From: an uncultured delta proteobacterium
Lineage (GTDB): Bacteria; Myxococcota_A; Polyangia; Palsa-1104
Length of the DNA: 64,000 nucleotides
Direction: 5' to 3'
Assembly: GCA_963785725.1 (NCBI GenBank)
Contig: CAWAWS010000015.1
Coordinates: 256,001-320,000, forward strand
Part shown: piece after piece, positions 44,176 through 54,782 of the stretch
How the letters are laid out: each line of letters begins with the position of its first letter
How positions within the stretch are numbered: the first letter of the stretch is position 1
Position numbers and translations under genes: made by a program
The notes under the pieces: generated by a model
Seen by the model: only the letters and a program-made list of their open reading frames with translations
Told to the model about the DNA's origin: nothing
The model's database searches: none

Positions 44176-46875
44176 ATGTCGGGTGCCGTCCCCGATTCCG
44201 TCGATACGCCGTTGATGCGCCAGTACCTCGAGATCAAAGAGGCGCATCCCGATTGCGTGGTCTTTTTTCGGCTCGGCGACTTCTACGAGATGTTCTTCGA
44301 TGACGCGGTCGTCGTCGCGCGCACGCTCGATCTGACGCTGACCAGCCGCGACAAGGGCAAAGAGAACCCGATTCCGATGTGTGGCGTGCCGCACCACGCC
44401 GCCAAGCAGTATCTGGCGCGCCTGGTGGCCCTCGGCTTCAAGGTCGCGATCGCCGAGCAGGTCGAGGATCCGAAGCTGGCCAAAGGCATCGTCAAGCGCG
44501 AGGTCGTGCGCGTGGTGACGCCGGGAACGGTCATCGACGACGAGCAGCTCGATCCGAAAGCGGCGCACTATCTGGTCGCGCTCTTGGCCGAAGGCGGCGC
44601 CTGCGGGCTGGCGCACCTCGACGTGACGACGGGCGAGTTCGCGGCCACGCAGCTGCCCACGCGCGATCTCGTCGACGAGCTGGCGCGTTTGGAGCCGCGC
44701 GAGATCTTGCATGCCGGCCTCGGCGACGGCGAGCTGACGTTGTTGAAGGCGCGCGTCACGTCGTCGTGGGCGGACTTGCCGGCGCCGGGGCTCTACAACG
44801 CCGAGCGCGCGCAGGCCGAGCTGGAGACGGCGATCGGTCGCGAGCTGCCGCGTGACGGCAAGGGCCAGCCGGCGCTCGGCCCGCTGGCGCTGCGCGCGGC
44901 CATCGCCGTCGTCAACTACGCCGTCGAGACGCAGCCGACGGGCGCGCTGCCGCTGACGCAGCTGTTGCCTTACGCGCCGTCGGATCAGCTGCTCATCGAC
45001 GAGTCGACGCGCGCGAATCTCGAGCTGTTCGTGACGCTGATGGGCCACAGCAAGCGCGGCTCGCTTGCTCGGCGTGATCGACGAGACGCGCACGTCGCTC
45101 GGCGGCCGCATGCTGCGCCGCTGGCTGGCGGCGCCGCTGGTCGACGTCGCGCAGATTCGCCGCCGCCACGACGCCGTCGAGTGGCTGGTCGAGCACGCGA
45201 CCTTGCGCGCCGAGCTGCGCGCGGAGCTGGCCGAGGTCTACGACTTGGAGCGGCTCGCGGGCCGCGCGACGCTGGGCGTGGCGACGCCGCGCGATCTGTC
45301 GGCGCTGGCGCGCAGCTTGTCGCGGCTGCCCGGCATCCGCGCGCTCTTGCGCCAGTCGTTCGCCGAGGACGTCGCCGGCAAGCTGGCCCATCCCGAATTA
45401 CTAGAGCTGCCCGAAGATACGTGCGCCGACGTGGCCGCCGAGATCGCGCGCACGCTCGTCGATGATCCGCCGCCGCAATGGCGCGACGGCGGCTTCGTGC
45501 GCCGCGGCTTCAACGCCGAGCTCGACGAGCTGCAGGATCTGTCCGACGGCGGCAAGAACAAGATCCTCGAGATCGAAGCGCGCGAACGCGAACGCACCGG
45601 CATCGGCTCGCTCAAGGTCCGCTACAACCGCGTCTTCGGCTACTACTTGGAGATCACGCGGTCGAACTTGGAGCGCGTGCCGGCCGACTACGTGCGCAAG
45701 CAGACGCTGGCCAACGCCGAGCGCTACGTCACGCCCGAGCTGCAGGACTACGAGGCCAAGATCCTCGGCGCCGACGAGCGGCGCATCGCGCTCGAGCTGG
45801 AGGCGTTCGAGCGCTTGCGACGCTTGGTGGCCGACGCCGCGCGCCGCATCTTGCCGCTCGGCGACGTCATCGCGCGCATCGACGCGCTCGCGAGCTGGCC
45901 GACGTCGCGCACAACTCGGGCTACGTGCGGCCGCTCGTCGACGACAAGCTGCGGCTCGAGATCGAGGACGGCCGTCATCCCGTGGTCGAGAAGCTGGCGG
46001 CGGCGGGGCGCTTCGTGCCCAACGACGTGACGCTCGATCCCGACGACGAGCAGCTCATCGTCATCACCGGGCCGAACATGGCGGGCAAGTCGACGGCGAT
46101 GCGGCAGGTGGCGCTGATCGTCGTCATGGCGCAGATGGGCTCGTTCGTGCCGGCGAAGCGCGCGCGCGTCGGCGTGTGCGACCGCGTGTTCACGCGCGTC
46201 GGCGCCTCGGACAATCTGGCGCGCGGCGAGTCGACGTTCATGGTCGAGATGCGCGAGACGGCGCATATCTTGGCGCACGCGACGCGACGCTCGCTCGTCA
46301 TCCTCGACGAGATCGGGCGCGGCACGTCGACTTACGATGGCGTGTCGATCGCCTGGGCCGTCGCCGAGCACCTGCACGACAGAATCGGCGCGCGGACGAT
46401 GTTCGCGACGCACTACCACGAGCTGACGGCCTTGACCGAGTCGCGGGCGCGCGTGCGCAACTTCTCGACGGCGGTGCGCGAGTGGAAGGAAGAGATCGTC
46501 TTTCTGCACAAGCTCGTGCCCGGCGGCGCATCGCGCAGCTACGGCATTCAGGTCGCGCGCTTGGCCGGGCTCGACAAGGGCGTCATCGGGCGGGCGCGGC
46601 AGATCTTGGATGCGCTCGAGCGCGGCGACGAGATCGGGCCGCACGCGCTGCCGGCCGGCCAACAGCTGTCGCTGCTGGCGCCGCCCGAGGCCAAGAAGAA
46701 GCCGAGCGAAACGGCCGAGCCGGAAGCGGCGCCGACCGTCGCGGCGCCGGCCGCAAAAGCGCGGGCGAGCGCGGTCGAAGAGGCGCTCTTGCAGGCCGAT
46801 CTCGACGGCATGTCGCCGCGCGAGGCGCACGCCTTTCTCGTCGAGCTGCAGCGGCGCGCCACCCGCCGCACGTAA
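44176..46875 (+). CDS. mutS: DNA mismatch repair protein MutS (frameshifts near 45065 and 45893)
   Basis: [51 protein letters not shown]. Confidence 0.95.
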
Positions 46876-46933
46876 TCGCTAGTTGTGCTAGCGTTTGCGC
46901 GCCATTTCGCATTCGCTGATTCGAGGAGCTGAC

Positions 46934-48532
46934 ATGGAGACCACCTTCGCGCCGGCGCGTGCGCGCCTTGCCACCGAGACCATCGAATGCCGCAACCCGG
47001 CCACGCTCGAGAAGCTCGGCGACGTGCCCAGCTTCGATCGCGCCGCCGTCGTCGAGCGCGTGGCGCGGGCGCGGCGCGCGCAAGTGCGCTGGGGTCGCGC
47101 GTCGTTCGCCGAGCGCGCGCGCGTGCTGCAACGGCTCCTCGATTACATCGTCGCGCACCAAGAGGAGATCTGTCGCCTGTGCGCGCGCGACTCGGGCAAG
47201 ACGATGGTCGACGCGATGATGGGCGAGATCTTCCCCGTCTGCGAGAAGCTGCGTTACACCATCGCGCACGGCGAGCGCGACCTGTCGCCCGAGCGGCGTG
47301 AATCGGGCGTGCTCATGCACAAAGCGGTGCGCGTGGAGTATGCGCCGCTCGGTGTCATCGGCGTCTTGTGCCCGTGGAATTTCCCGTTCCACAACATCTT
47401 CTGCCCGGTGATTCCGGCGCTGATGGCGGGCAACGGCGTCGTCGTCAAGGTGTCGGAGTGGACGTCGTGGTCGGCGGCCGATTTCCAGCACATCTTCGAC
47501 GAGGTCCTGACCGCGGCCGGTTACGACAAGGAGCTCGTGCAGGTCATCACCGGCGCCGGCGAGACCGGCTCGGCGCTGGTGACGTCGGGCGTCGACAAGA
47601 TCTTCTTCACCGGCTCGCCCGGCAACGGCAAGAAGGTGATGGCCGCCGCCGCCGAGACGCTGACGCCGGTCGTGCTCGAGCTCGGCGGCAAAGATCCGAT
47701 GATCATCTGCGACGACGCCGATCTCGACCAAGCGGCGGGCACGGCCATGCTCGGCGTCTTCACCGCCTGCGGCCAGATGTGCGTCGCCGCCGAGCGGCTC
47801 TACGTGTTCGACGGCATCTACGACGCCTTCGTGCGCAAGGTGACCGAAGCCGCGGGCAAGCTGCGCCAAGGTCCGCCGACGCGCGACTCCGGCGGCGAGT
47901 TCGACGTCGGCGCCATGACGATGCCGCGGCAGCTCGAAATCATCGCGCGCCAAGTCGACGACGCCGTGGCCAAAGGCGCGCGCGCCGTCGTCGGCGGCAA
48001 GCGCAACGACAGCCTGCGCGGCCAATTCTTCCAGCCGACGGTGCTCGTCGACGTCACGCACGACATGGCCATCGCCAAGGAAGAGACCTTCGGCCCGGTC
48101 ATGACGATCATTCGCGTGCGCGACGAAGAGGAGGCGATTCGCCTCGCCAACGACTGCGCCTACGGCCTCGGCTCGTCGGTGTTCACGAAGGACGCGGCGC
48201 GCGGCGAGCGCATCGCCAAGCAGATTTCGGCCGGCATGACCGTCGTCAACGACTACGGCCTCGCGTACATGATGCAGTCGGCGCCGTTCGGCGGCGTCGG
48301 CATCTCCGGCTTCGGGCGCATCAACGGCCGCGAAGGTCTGCGCGAGTGCTGCAACGTCAAGACCATCGTCACCGACAAGCTGCCCATTCACCAAGGGCTC
48401 AGCTTCTACCCGATCCACAAAGCGACGTTTCCGCTCTTGCAGAACGTCATTTCGATCCTCTACGGACGTGGCGTCATGGCGCGCGTCAAAGGCTTGGCCG
48501 GCGTCGCCCGGTCGCTCTGGAGCATGCGATGA
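46934..48532 (+). CDS. Aldehyde dehydrogenase (ALDH15/22-like)
   Basis: PWNFP, FTGS, LELGGKD, catalytic GQMC, EETFGP, PFGG; GAGGAG Shine-Dalgarno. Confidence 0.92.
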   Translation: METTFAPARARLATETIECRNPATLEKLGDVPSFDRAAVVERVARARRAQVRWGRASFAERARVLQRLLDYIVAHQEEICRLCARDSGKTMVDAMMGEIFPVCEKLRYTIAHGERDLSPERRESGVLMHKAVRVEYAPLGVIGVLCPWNFPFHNIFCPVIPALMAGNGVVVKVSEWTSWSAADFQHIFDEVLTAAGYDKELVQVITGAGETGSALVTSGVDKIFFTGSPGNGKKVMAAAAETLTPVVLELGGKDPMIICDDADLDQAAGTAMLGVFTACGQMCVAAERLYVFDGIYDAFVRKVTEAAGKLRQGPPTRDSGGEFDVGAMTMPRQLEIIARQVDDAVAKGARAVVGGKRNDSLRGQFFQPTVLVDVTHDMAIAKEETFGPVMTIIRVRDEEEAIRLANDCAYGLGSSVFTKDAARGERIAKQISAGMTVVNDYGLAYMMQSAPFGGVGISGFGRINGREGLRECCNVKTIVTDKLPIHQGLSFYPIHKATFPLLQNVISILYGRGVMARVKGLAGVARSLWSMR

Positions 48533-50181
48533 ACCCCGAGCTGAACGCCCCGAACGCCAAGTCCGACGCGAAGCCCGAGGCCAAAATCGATACGAAGATC
48601 GACGGCAAAGGCGACGTCAAGGCCAAGTGGGCGACGACGATTCCGTGCTGGGATCCGGCCACCGGCGACAAGCTCGGCGACGCGCCCGTGCAGTCGCCCG
48701 ACGAAGTGCGCGCCATCGTCGCCAACGCCCGTCGCGCGCAGGCGAGCTGGTCGCGCACGACGTTCGCCGAGCGCCGCCGCGTGCTCGGCCGCATGCTCGA
48801 CTACATCCTCGATCACGCCGACGAATTGTGCCGCGTCATCGCGCAGGACGCGGGCAAGACGCTGGAGAACGCGCTCGTCGGTGAAGTGTGGCCGATCTGC
48901 GAAAAGCTGCGCCATACGATCGCGTCCGGTGAGCGCGACCTCTCGCCCGAGCCGGTGTCGTCGGGCCTGCTCGTGCACAAGCGGGCGACGATCGAGTACC
49001 AGCCGCTCGGCGTCATCGGCGTCATCTGCCCCTGGAATTTCCCGCTGCAGAACGTGCTCGGCCCGACCATCCCGGCGCTCATGGCCGGCAACGGCGTCGT
49101 CATCAAAGTCTCCGAGTGGGTCTCGTGGTCGGCCCCGCGCATCCAGGCCATCTTCGACGCCGTCCTGTCCGAGTGCGGCTATTCGACCGATCTCGTACGG
49201 ATCATCACCGGTTATGCCGAGACCGGCGTCGCCTTGTGCGAGTCGGGCGTCGACAAGATCGTCTTCACCGGCTCCTTGCCGAACGGGCGCCGCGTCGCCA
49301 CCCAGTGCGCCAAGACGCTCACGCCCGCCATCTTGGAGCTCGGCGGCAAAGATCCGATGATTGTCTGCGACGACGCCAACATCGAGCAGGCGGCGCACGC
49401 GGCCTTGGCCGGCAGCTTCATCGCGTCGGGCCAGATGTGCTTGGCGGCCGAGCGCATCATCGTCATGGATCGCGCGCACGATCTGTTCGTCGCCCGCGTC
49501 GTCGAGCTGGCCCGCGAGCTGCGGCAGGGCAATCCGCTCGGCGGCGACAAGGTCGACGTCGGCGCCATGACGATGCCGCAGCAGGTCGAGATCGTCGAGA
49601 AGCTGGTCGCCGACGCCATCGGCAAGGGCGCCAAGGCCGAGGTCGGCGGCGCGCGCGGTCTTGGCGATCGCGGCAGCTTCTTCTTGCCGACGGTGCTCAC
49701 CGGCGTCAACCGCGACATGGCCATCGCCAAGGAAGAGACGTTCGGCCCGGTCATGTGCATCTTCCGCGTGCGCGACGACGACGATGCCGTCGCGCTGGCC
49801 AACGACACGCAATATGGCCTCGGCTCGACCGTGTTCTCGACCGATCACACGCGCGCCCGCCGCATCGCCGATCGGCTGCGCGCCGGCTCGACGGTCATCA
49901 ACGACTTCGGCTTGGCTTACATGGCCAACGCCTTGCCGTTCGGCGGCGTCGGCGGCTCGGGCTACGGTCGCCTGAACGGACGCGAAGGCATCCGCGCGAT
50001 GTGCAATCAGAAATCGGTCATGACCGATCGCCTGCCGCTGCACTTCCCGGTCAAGCTGTACCCGGTCGCCGACGGCGATTTCGGCCGCACCAAGGCCACC
50101 ATCGAGCTGCTCTATCGCCGCAATGTGGGCGCACGCGTCGCCGCCGTCGTCTCGCTCGTGCGCGGCTTGTTCAAAAATTGA
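48529..50181 (+). CDS. Aldehyde dehydrogenase paralog
   Basis: Same motif set; ATGA overlap with the first copy. Confidence 0.92.
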   Translation: MNPELNAPNAKSDAKPEAKIDTKIDGKGDVKAKWATTIPCWDPATGDKLGDAPVQSPDEVRAIVANARRAQASWSRTTFAERRRVLGRMLDYILDHADELCRVIAQDAGKTLENALVGEVWPICEKLRHTIASGERDLSPEPVSSGLLVHKRATIEYQPLGVIGVICPWNFPLQNVLGPTIPALMAGNGVVIKVSEWVSWSAPRIQAIFDAVLSECGYSTDLVRIITGYAETGVALCESGVDKIVFTGSLPNGRRVATQCAKTLTPAILELGGKDPMIVCDDANIEQAAHAALAGSFIASGQMCLAAERIIVMDRAHDLFVARVVELARELRQGNPLGGDKVDVGAMTMPQQVEIVEKLVADAIGKGAKAEVGGARGLGDRGSFFLPTVLTGVNRDMAIAKEETFGPVMCIFRVRDDDDAVALANDTQYGLGSTVFSTDHTRARRIADRLRAGSTVINDFGLAYMANALPFGGVGGSGYGRLNGREGIRAMCNQKSVMTDRLPLHFPVKLYPVADGDFGRTKATIELLYRRNVGARVAAVVSLVRGLFKN

Positions 50182-50276
50182 ACAAGCCGTAGTCTACGAA
50201 ACCCTACAGAAATCTGCATTTTTTGTGATCAGTTGGGCGTGATCGTGACGCTCGGCGGAGTACACTGTTCACAAAG

Positions 50277-51785
50277 ATGTTGCGAAAGGCCGCCAAGCTC
50301 CACACGCCGGTTCCGCCTCCGGCGATCGTGTCCGCGCCCGAGGAGGTTCGCCTCTGGCTCGGCGTGCACGACAGCTCGCGCATCGAGTGGACGGCGGCGA
50401 TCGCCTTGCCGGAGAAGGACGAGCGGCACTATCAGATCGAGTTCGACGTCGACATCCCGGCGACGCTGTTTCCCAGCCACAACGTCTGGGAGCATCTGCA
50501 GATCTTCACGCGGCTGCGCAGCCCGTCGGAAGACGGCCCGCTCGAGATCGAGCGCGACGACGCCGAAGAGCTGCGCCGCGACACGCTCGGCGTCGCCCAT
50601 CGGTTGAAGCAGCTGAAGATGCGCTTCGAGCGCGCCTGCGTGGCGGCGGCGGCGACCACGCGCGAGCAGCCCGATCCGGAGCTGAGCGAGAACCTGACCG
50701 ATATCGTCACCGCCGCGTTCGAGCTGACGGCCGAGATGCGCCGGCAGCTGCACGACGGCGCCGCGCCCGGCTTGACCGGCCTCGGTCGCGAGTGCCAGTT
50801 GGCCGACGAGTTCCTCTCGTATCAGCTGATCGACCTGTTGGCCGGTTGCGAGCGCGCGCTCGACGACATCGTGTGCGCGCCGACGTCGCGCGTGCGGGAC
50901 GCGCATTGGGCCGAGGATCTGCGCTGCCTCATCGCCGAAGGCTTGGCCGAGGAGCTCGCGCATCGGCGCGGTCGCGACTACATCAACCCGCACGCCGACG
51001 TCCCGGCGGAGCTGGCGCAGTTCATCGAGCGCGCGTCGCGGCTGAAGAAGCACTTTCAGGACGTGCTCTACCTCGACGTCGAAGCCTATTTCATGGACTC
51101 GCGCATTCGCTATTACGTCATGGTCGTCGCGGCGGTGATCGCGGCCCTCATGTTCCTGGCGATTACGGCGCTGCCCAACTCGCCGACGACCCGCGGCGCG
51201 GTCAGCGTCGGCACGTTCCTGGCCGTGTTCGCGGCGGCGTATGCGCTGCGCGACGTCATCAAAGAGGCCGTGCGCGGCTGGATCACCGGCCGTTTGATGC
51301 GTCTGTACGGCCAGCGCGTCGTGACGTTGCGGCTGCCGCGCCGCATCGATCAGGCGCGCCGCGTGCTCCTCGAGACGCGCGAGACGTTCGACGTCGACGC
51401 GCTGTCGAACGCGTTTGCACGCGGTGACGAGCGGCCAGCGACGACAATAGACCCGTCGATTGGCCGGCCGCGCTCGGTCGTGCGCATGCATTTTCGCATG
51501 CGCGCCACGCTGCACCCGTCGCAGCCGCTGGCCGAGGCGCACATCGGCAGCATCAAGCACATCTTCCGCTACGACTTGAGCCCCATCTTCTCGCGGCTCG
51601 ACAACGCCGTGAAGCAGGTGCCGGTGCTCGACGCCGGTCGCCGCGTGCGCTTCGCCGACGCGCCCAAGGAATATCGCTTCCCGGCGCGCATCTCGTTCCA
51701 GCCGTCCGACGGCGAGCGCATCGTGACGCGCGCCGACCTCGTCCTGTCCAAGCGCGGCATCGAGCGCATCGAGCCGCGCGCGTAA
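50277..51785 (+). CDS. Hypothetical membrane protein (two central TM helices)
   Basis: 502-aa ORF with hydrophobic pair YYVMVVAAVIAALMFLAI / VGTFLAVFAAAYAL. Confidence 0.7.
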   Translation: MLRKAAKLHTPVPPPAIVSAPEEVRLWLGVHDSSRIEWTAAIALPEKDERHYQIEFDVDIPATLFPSHNVWEHLQIFTRLRSPSEDGPLEIERDDAEELRRDTLGVAHRLKQLKMRFERACVAAAATTREQPDPELSENLTDIVTAAFELTAEMRRQLHDGAAPGLTGLGRECQLADEFLSYQLIDLLAGCERALDDIVCAPTSRVRDAHWAEDLRCLIAEGLAEELAHRRGRDYINPHADVPAELAQFIERASRLKKHFQDVLYLDVEAYFMDSRIRYYVMVVAAVIAALMFLAITALPNSPTTRGAVSVGTFLAVFAAAYALRDVIKEAVRGWITGRLMRLYGQRVVTLRLPRRIDQARRVLLETRETFDVDALSNAFARGDERPATTIDPSIGRPRSVVRMHFRMRATLHPSQPLAEAHIGSIKHIFRYDLSPIFSRLDNAVKQVPVLDAGRRVRFADAPKEYRFPARISFQPSDGERIVTRADLVLSKRGIERIEPRA

Positions 51786-51825
51786 CTTCGCAGCGATCGC
51801 CGCTGGCGTCTGCTAGTGTCTTTGG

Positions 51826-52365
51826 ATGCCGACTGGGCGCGTGCTGATCGCGCTGTGGATCGTTTGCGCGGGCGTCGTCGCCTGGGTGTGGCTGCGACCG
51901 CTGCATGACGGGACGCTGCCGGGGCCGGTCACGCACGCTCCGCGCAAGGCGCGCCGCCTCGACCCGACCGCGGCGCCGCTGGCGCAGCCCGAGGACGAGC
52001 CGGTCGCCGAAGAGCCGGTCGCGGCGCCGGTCGCCTCCGGCCCGCCCGAGATGCCGAGCCGGCAAGATCTCGAAGGCACGATGCTCAAAGTCTCGCAGCA
52101 TGTGCTCTCGTCCTGCCGCGACGTCGAGCAGTTCGCCGGGCTGTTGACGGTGCGCCTCGTCATCGCGCGCAGCGGCAACGTGCAGTCGCTGCAGGTGCAG
52201 CCGCCGGCGGCCGAGACGCGGACGGCCGAGTGCGTGAAGCATGCGCTGCATGGCCTGTCGTTCCCGCGTTTCCGCGGCACCTACGCGCCGACGATCGAGT
52301 GGACCTACCCGTTCCTGTTCGAAGATCGCACGGCGGCGCACGCCGATCCGGCGCTGCCGAAGTAG
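51826..52365 (+). CDS. Membrane-anchored AgmX/TonB-C-like domain protein
   Basis: N-terminal TM, Pro-rich linker, C...G.LTVRLVIARSGNV...AECV...LSFP...WTYPFLF. Confidence 0.7.
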   Translation: MPTGRVLIALWIVCAGVVAWVWLRPLHDGTLPGPVTHAPRKARRLDPTAAPLAQPEDEPVAEEPVAAPVASGPPEMPSRQDLEGTMLKVSQHVLSSCRDVEQFAGLLTVRLVIARSGNVQSLQVQPPAAETRTAECVKHALHGLSFPRFRGTYAPTIEWTYPFLFEDRTAAHADPALPK

Positions 52366-52369
52366 CCGG

Positions 52370-53149
52370 CTAGCGATTCGTCGCGGGCGGCTCGAGCTCG
52401 CGGACGCGCTTGCGCAGCTGTCCGAGCCGCAACGCCGTCAACACCAAGCCCACCGCGAGCAGGAAGATGACGAGCAGCCCCGACGTCGCCAGCGTCGCCG
52501 CCATCGTCTTCGAGTCGCGCGCCACGCGCAGCGGGCCGACGCGCTCGAGGAGCGGCTCCGTCGGATCGGCCGCGCCGCCCGTGCGCACGACGCTGACGTC
52601 GGCCGCTTGCATGCCGGGCACGGCGCCGGCCACGATCTTCTGCACGTCGCCGTCGGCCAACGACAACGCGCCCGCGGCTTTGAGCAGCACCGACGCCGTC
52701 GGTCGCGCATGCTCGGCCGCGCCCACGAGCGGCTCCTCGGCCGGCAACGCCAGATGCACGCGCGCGCCGACGACGCCGGGCACGCCTTCCAGCGTCCGCT
52801 CGAGCTCGGCCGCCAGCGCCGCGCCCAAACGCGCGCGATCTTCGGTCGCCGACGGCAACAGCGACGACGCGGCGAACGTATCGGCCAAGCCATGCTGCTC
52901 GCGCCGCGGCAGATCGCGCGCGTCCAAGAGGGCGAACGCGCGGCCCGCTTCCCCGCGCGCGACGACGATCTTGTAGGCGTCGTTCGCGCCCTCTTCGGCC
53001 ACTTTGTCGGCGGCGACCCCGGCCGCTTCCAGCACCGCGGCGACGCGATTGGCCTGCCGCTCATCGAGGCCGTGCTCGAGCTCGACGCTGCAACCGGTCG
53101 TCCACACGGCGAGCGCGCTCAGAATTGATGCGTAACGCGCTGCTTTCAT
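52370..53149 (-). CDS. sctJ: Type III secretion inner-membrane ring lipoprotein, YscJ/FliF family
   Basis: Lipobox TTGC, ELEHGLDERQAN, LLPSATED, ELERTLEGVPGVVGARVHLALP, PTASVLLK, VAGAVPG, C-terminal TM. Confidence 0.85.
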   Translation of the reverse strand: MKAARYASILSALAVWTTGCSVELEHGLDERQANRVAAVLEAAGVAADKVAEEGANDAYKIVVARGEAGRAFALLDARDLPRREQHGLADTFAASSLLPSATEDRARLGAALAAELERTLEGVPGVVGARVHLALPAEEPLVGAAEHARPTASVLLKAAGALSLADGDVQKIVAGAVPGMQAADVSVVRTGGAADPTEPLLERVGPLRVARDSKTMAATLATSGLLVIFLLAVGLVLTALRLGQLRKRVRELEPPATNR

Positions 53150-53217
53150 GTACATCGATAATATTCTCAGTGGCGCCGATTCGCTGCTGTTATCGTCCGC
53201 TATATAAGGAGTTTCAT

Positions 53218-53580
53218 ATGCGCGTTCTGCGGTGGATCTTGTTCGTGACGCTCGTCGGTGGCGGTGTGGCGCGGGCGGACTTCAAGAACCTGCAGGTGCT
53301 GCCGAAGACGATCTCGAAAGACGATCTCAAGGCGCTCATGAAGGCGCAGACGAAGGCGCTCGGCGTCGAGTGCGATTTCTGCCACGACACGCCCGACATG
53401 GCCTCGGACAAGAACGAAGCCAAAGGGGTCGCGCGCAAGATGATGCAGATGACGCAGCTGATCAACGACAAGTGGATCAAAGGCGTCGTCGACCATCCCG
53501 AGAAGCACCTGATCACCTGCGGCACCTGCCACCAGGGCCACAACTCGCCGCCGGCCGGTCCCGAGGTCACGAAGAAGTAA
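53218..53580 (+). CDS. Periplasmic diheme c-type cytochrome (PufC-like family)
   Basis: AAGGAG Shine-Dalgarno, signal peptide, KNLQVLP, ALGVECDFCH, ITCGTCHQG. Confidence 0.85.
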   Translation: MRVLRWILFVTLVGGGVARADFKNLQVLPKTISKDDLKALMKAQTKALGVECDFCHDTPDMASDKNEAKGVARKMMQMTQLINDKWIKGVVDHPEKHLITCGTCHQGHNSPPAGPEVTKK

Positions 53581-53599
53581 ACGCGCGTTTACTTCTCGG

Positions 53600-54364
53600 T
53601 CAGCGGCGCGCGCGCGGCTTGGCGATGACGCGCGCGCCTTCCGGGCTGACCGCCGTTTGCCGCAGATTCTGCTTGAGGAGATCGATGGCGCGGGCGTGCA
53701 GCCGCGACGACCACGACTTCGACAGCCCCATCATTTTGCCCACTTCTTCCAGCGGCCGATCTTCGAAGTAGTAGAGCTGCAGGAGCTTGCGCTCTTTTTC
53801 CGGCAGCTTCGCCAGCGCCTGCTCGACGGCGTAGTCGCGCTCTTTGTGCTCCATCGCCAGCTGCGGCGCGGCGGCGGTGCCGATGGCGACGTCGCCCGAG
53901 TCGGCGTGCGGATCGATCGACGTGACGAAGATGGCCGCGACGCCGCCGAGCGCTTCGGCCAAGTGGCGCATCTCGTCCTCGAGGTTGACGGCGCCGTTGG
54001 CAGGCGGCTCGCTCGCCGCCGCGCCCGCTTCGCGCTCGGCCAGGTTCGCCAAGTAGGTCGCGGCGCGCTCCTCGAAGCGCAGGCGCTGATATTCGTGCCG
54101 CGGCAGCCAGCCCATCGCGCGCAGCCCGTCGAACATGGCGCCGCGCACGCGATAGTAGGCGAAGGTCTGAAAGCCGACGCCGTGCTTGCGATCGTAGCGC
54201 TCGGCCGCCTCGAGCAGGCCCTGCATGCCGTAGTTGTAGAGATCGTCGAACTCGATCTCGCGCGGCAGCTGCTCTTTGATTTTGCCCGCGATCGAGCGCA
54301 CGAACGGCACGTTGCCATCGACCAGCTGCTGCCGCTCCTTCGCCGACAGGCGCATCCGCGACAT
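53600..54364 (-). CDS. fliA: RNA polymerase sigma factor, FliA/WhiG family
   Basis: DDLYNYGMQGLLEAAERYD, FAYYRVRGAMFDGLR, region 4 LPEKER...GLSKSWSSRLH. Confidence 0.85.
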   Translation of the reverse strand: MSRMRLSAKERQQLVDGNVPFVRSIAGKIKEQLPREIEFDDLYNYGMQGLLEAAERYDRKHGVGFQTFAYYRVRGAMFDGLRAMGWLPRHEYQRLRFEERAATYLANLAEREAGAAASEPPANGAVNLEDEMRHLAEALGGVAAIFVTSIDPHADSGDVAIGTAAAPQLAMEHKERDYAVEQALAKLPEKERKLLQLYYFEDRPLEEVGKMMGLSKSWSSRLHARAIDLLKQNLRQTAVSPEGARVIAKPRARR

Positions 54365-54393
54365 CTTACCGATGCATGCTAGGCTTTACCAAC

Positions 54394-54774
54394 ATGGCCA
54401 AGGACTACAAATGTCCGGCGTGCGACAACGCCGTCGATCGCAACGCCACGGTCTGCTCAAACCCCGTGTGCCGCGCGGAGCTCGCCTTCTGCTCGCACTG
54501 CCGCGACGTCACGACCTACACGCTCGCGGAGAAGGGCGAAGGCCGCATGCACCGCGACAAGTTCAAGTGCGCGCGCTGCGAGCGGTTGGGCGTCAAATGC
54601 ATCAACTGGCTGGCCGGCGGCTACTGCAACGGCTTGGCCCGCGCCGACGCTGACTCCAAGCTCGGCAAGCCGTTGTGCTCGGCCTGCAACGACAAGTTCG
54701 GCGAAGTGGGGCGGTCGGTCATCAGCTGGTCCCTCATCGGGATGTTCGGCCGCGTTCTCAAACCCAAGGGTTAG
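54394..54774 (+). CDS. Cys-rich (12 Cys) zinc-ribbon-like protein
   Basis: CPAC, CSNPVC, CSHC, CARC, C-x8-C, CSAC. Confidence 0.7.
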   Translation: MAKDYKCPACDNAVDRNATVCSNPVCRAELAFCSHCRDVTTYTLAEKGEGRMHRDKFKCARCERLGVKCINWLAGGYCNGLARADADSKLGKPLCSACNDKFGEVGRSVISWSLIGMFGRVLKPKG

Positions 54775-54782
54775 GCCTCCGA

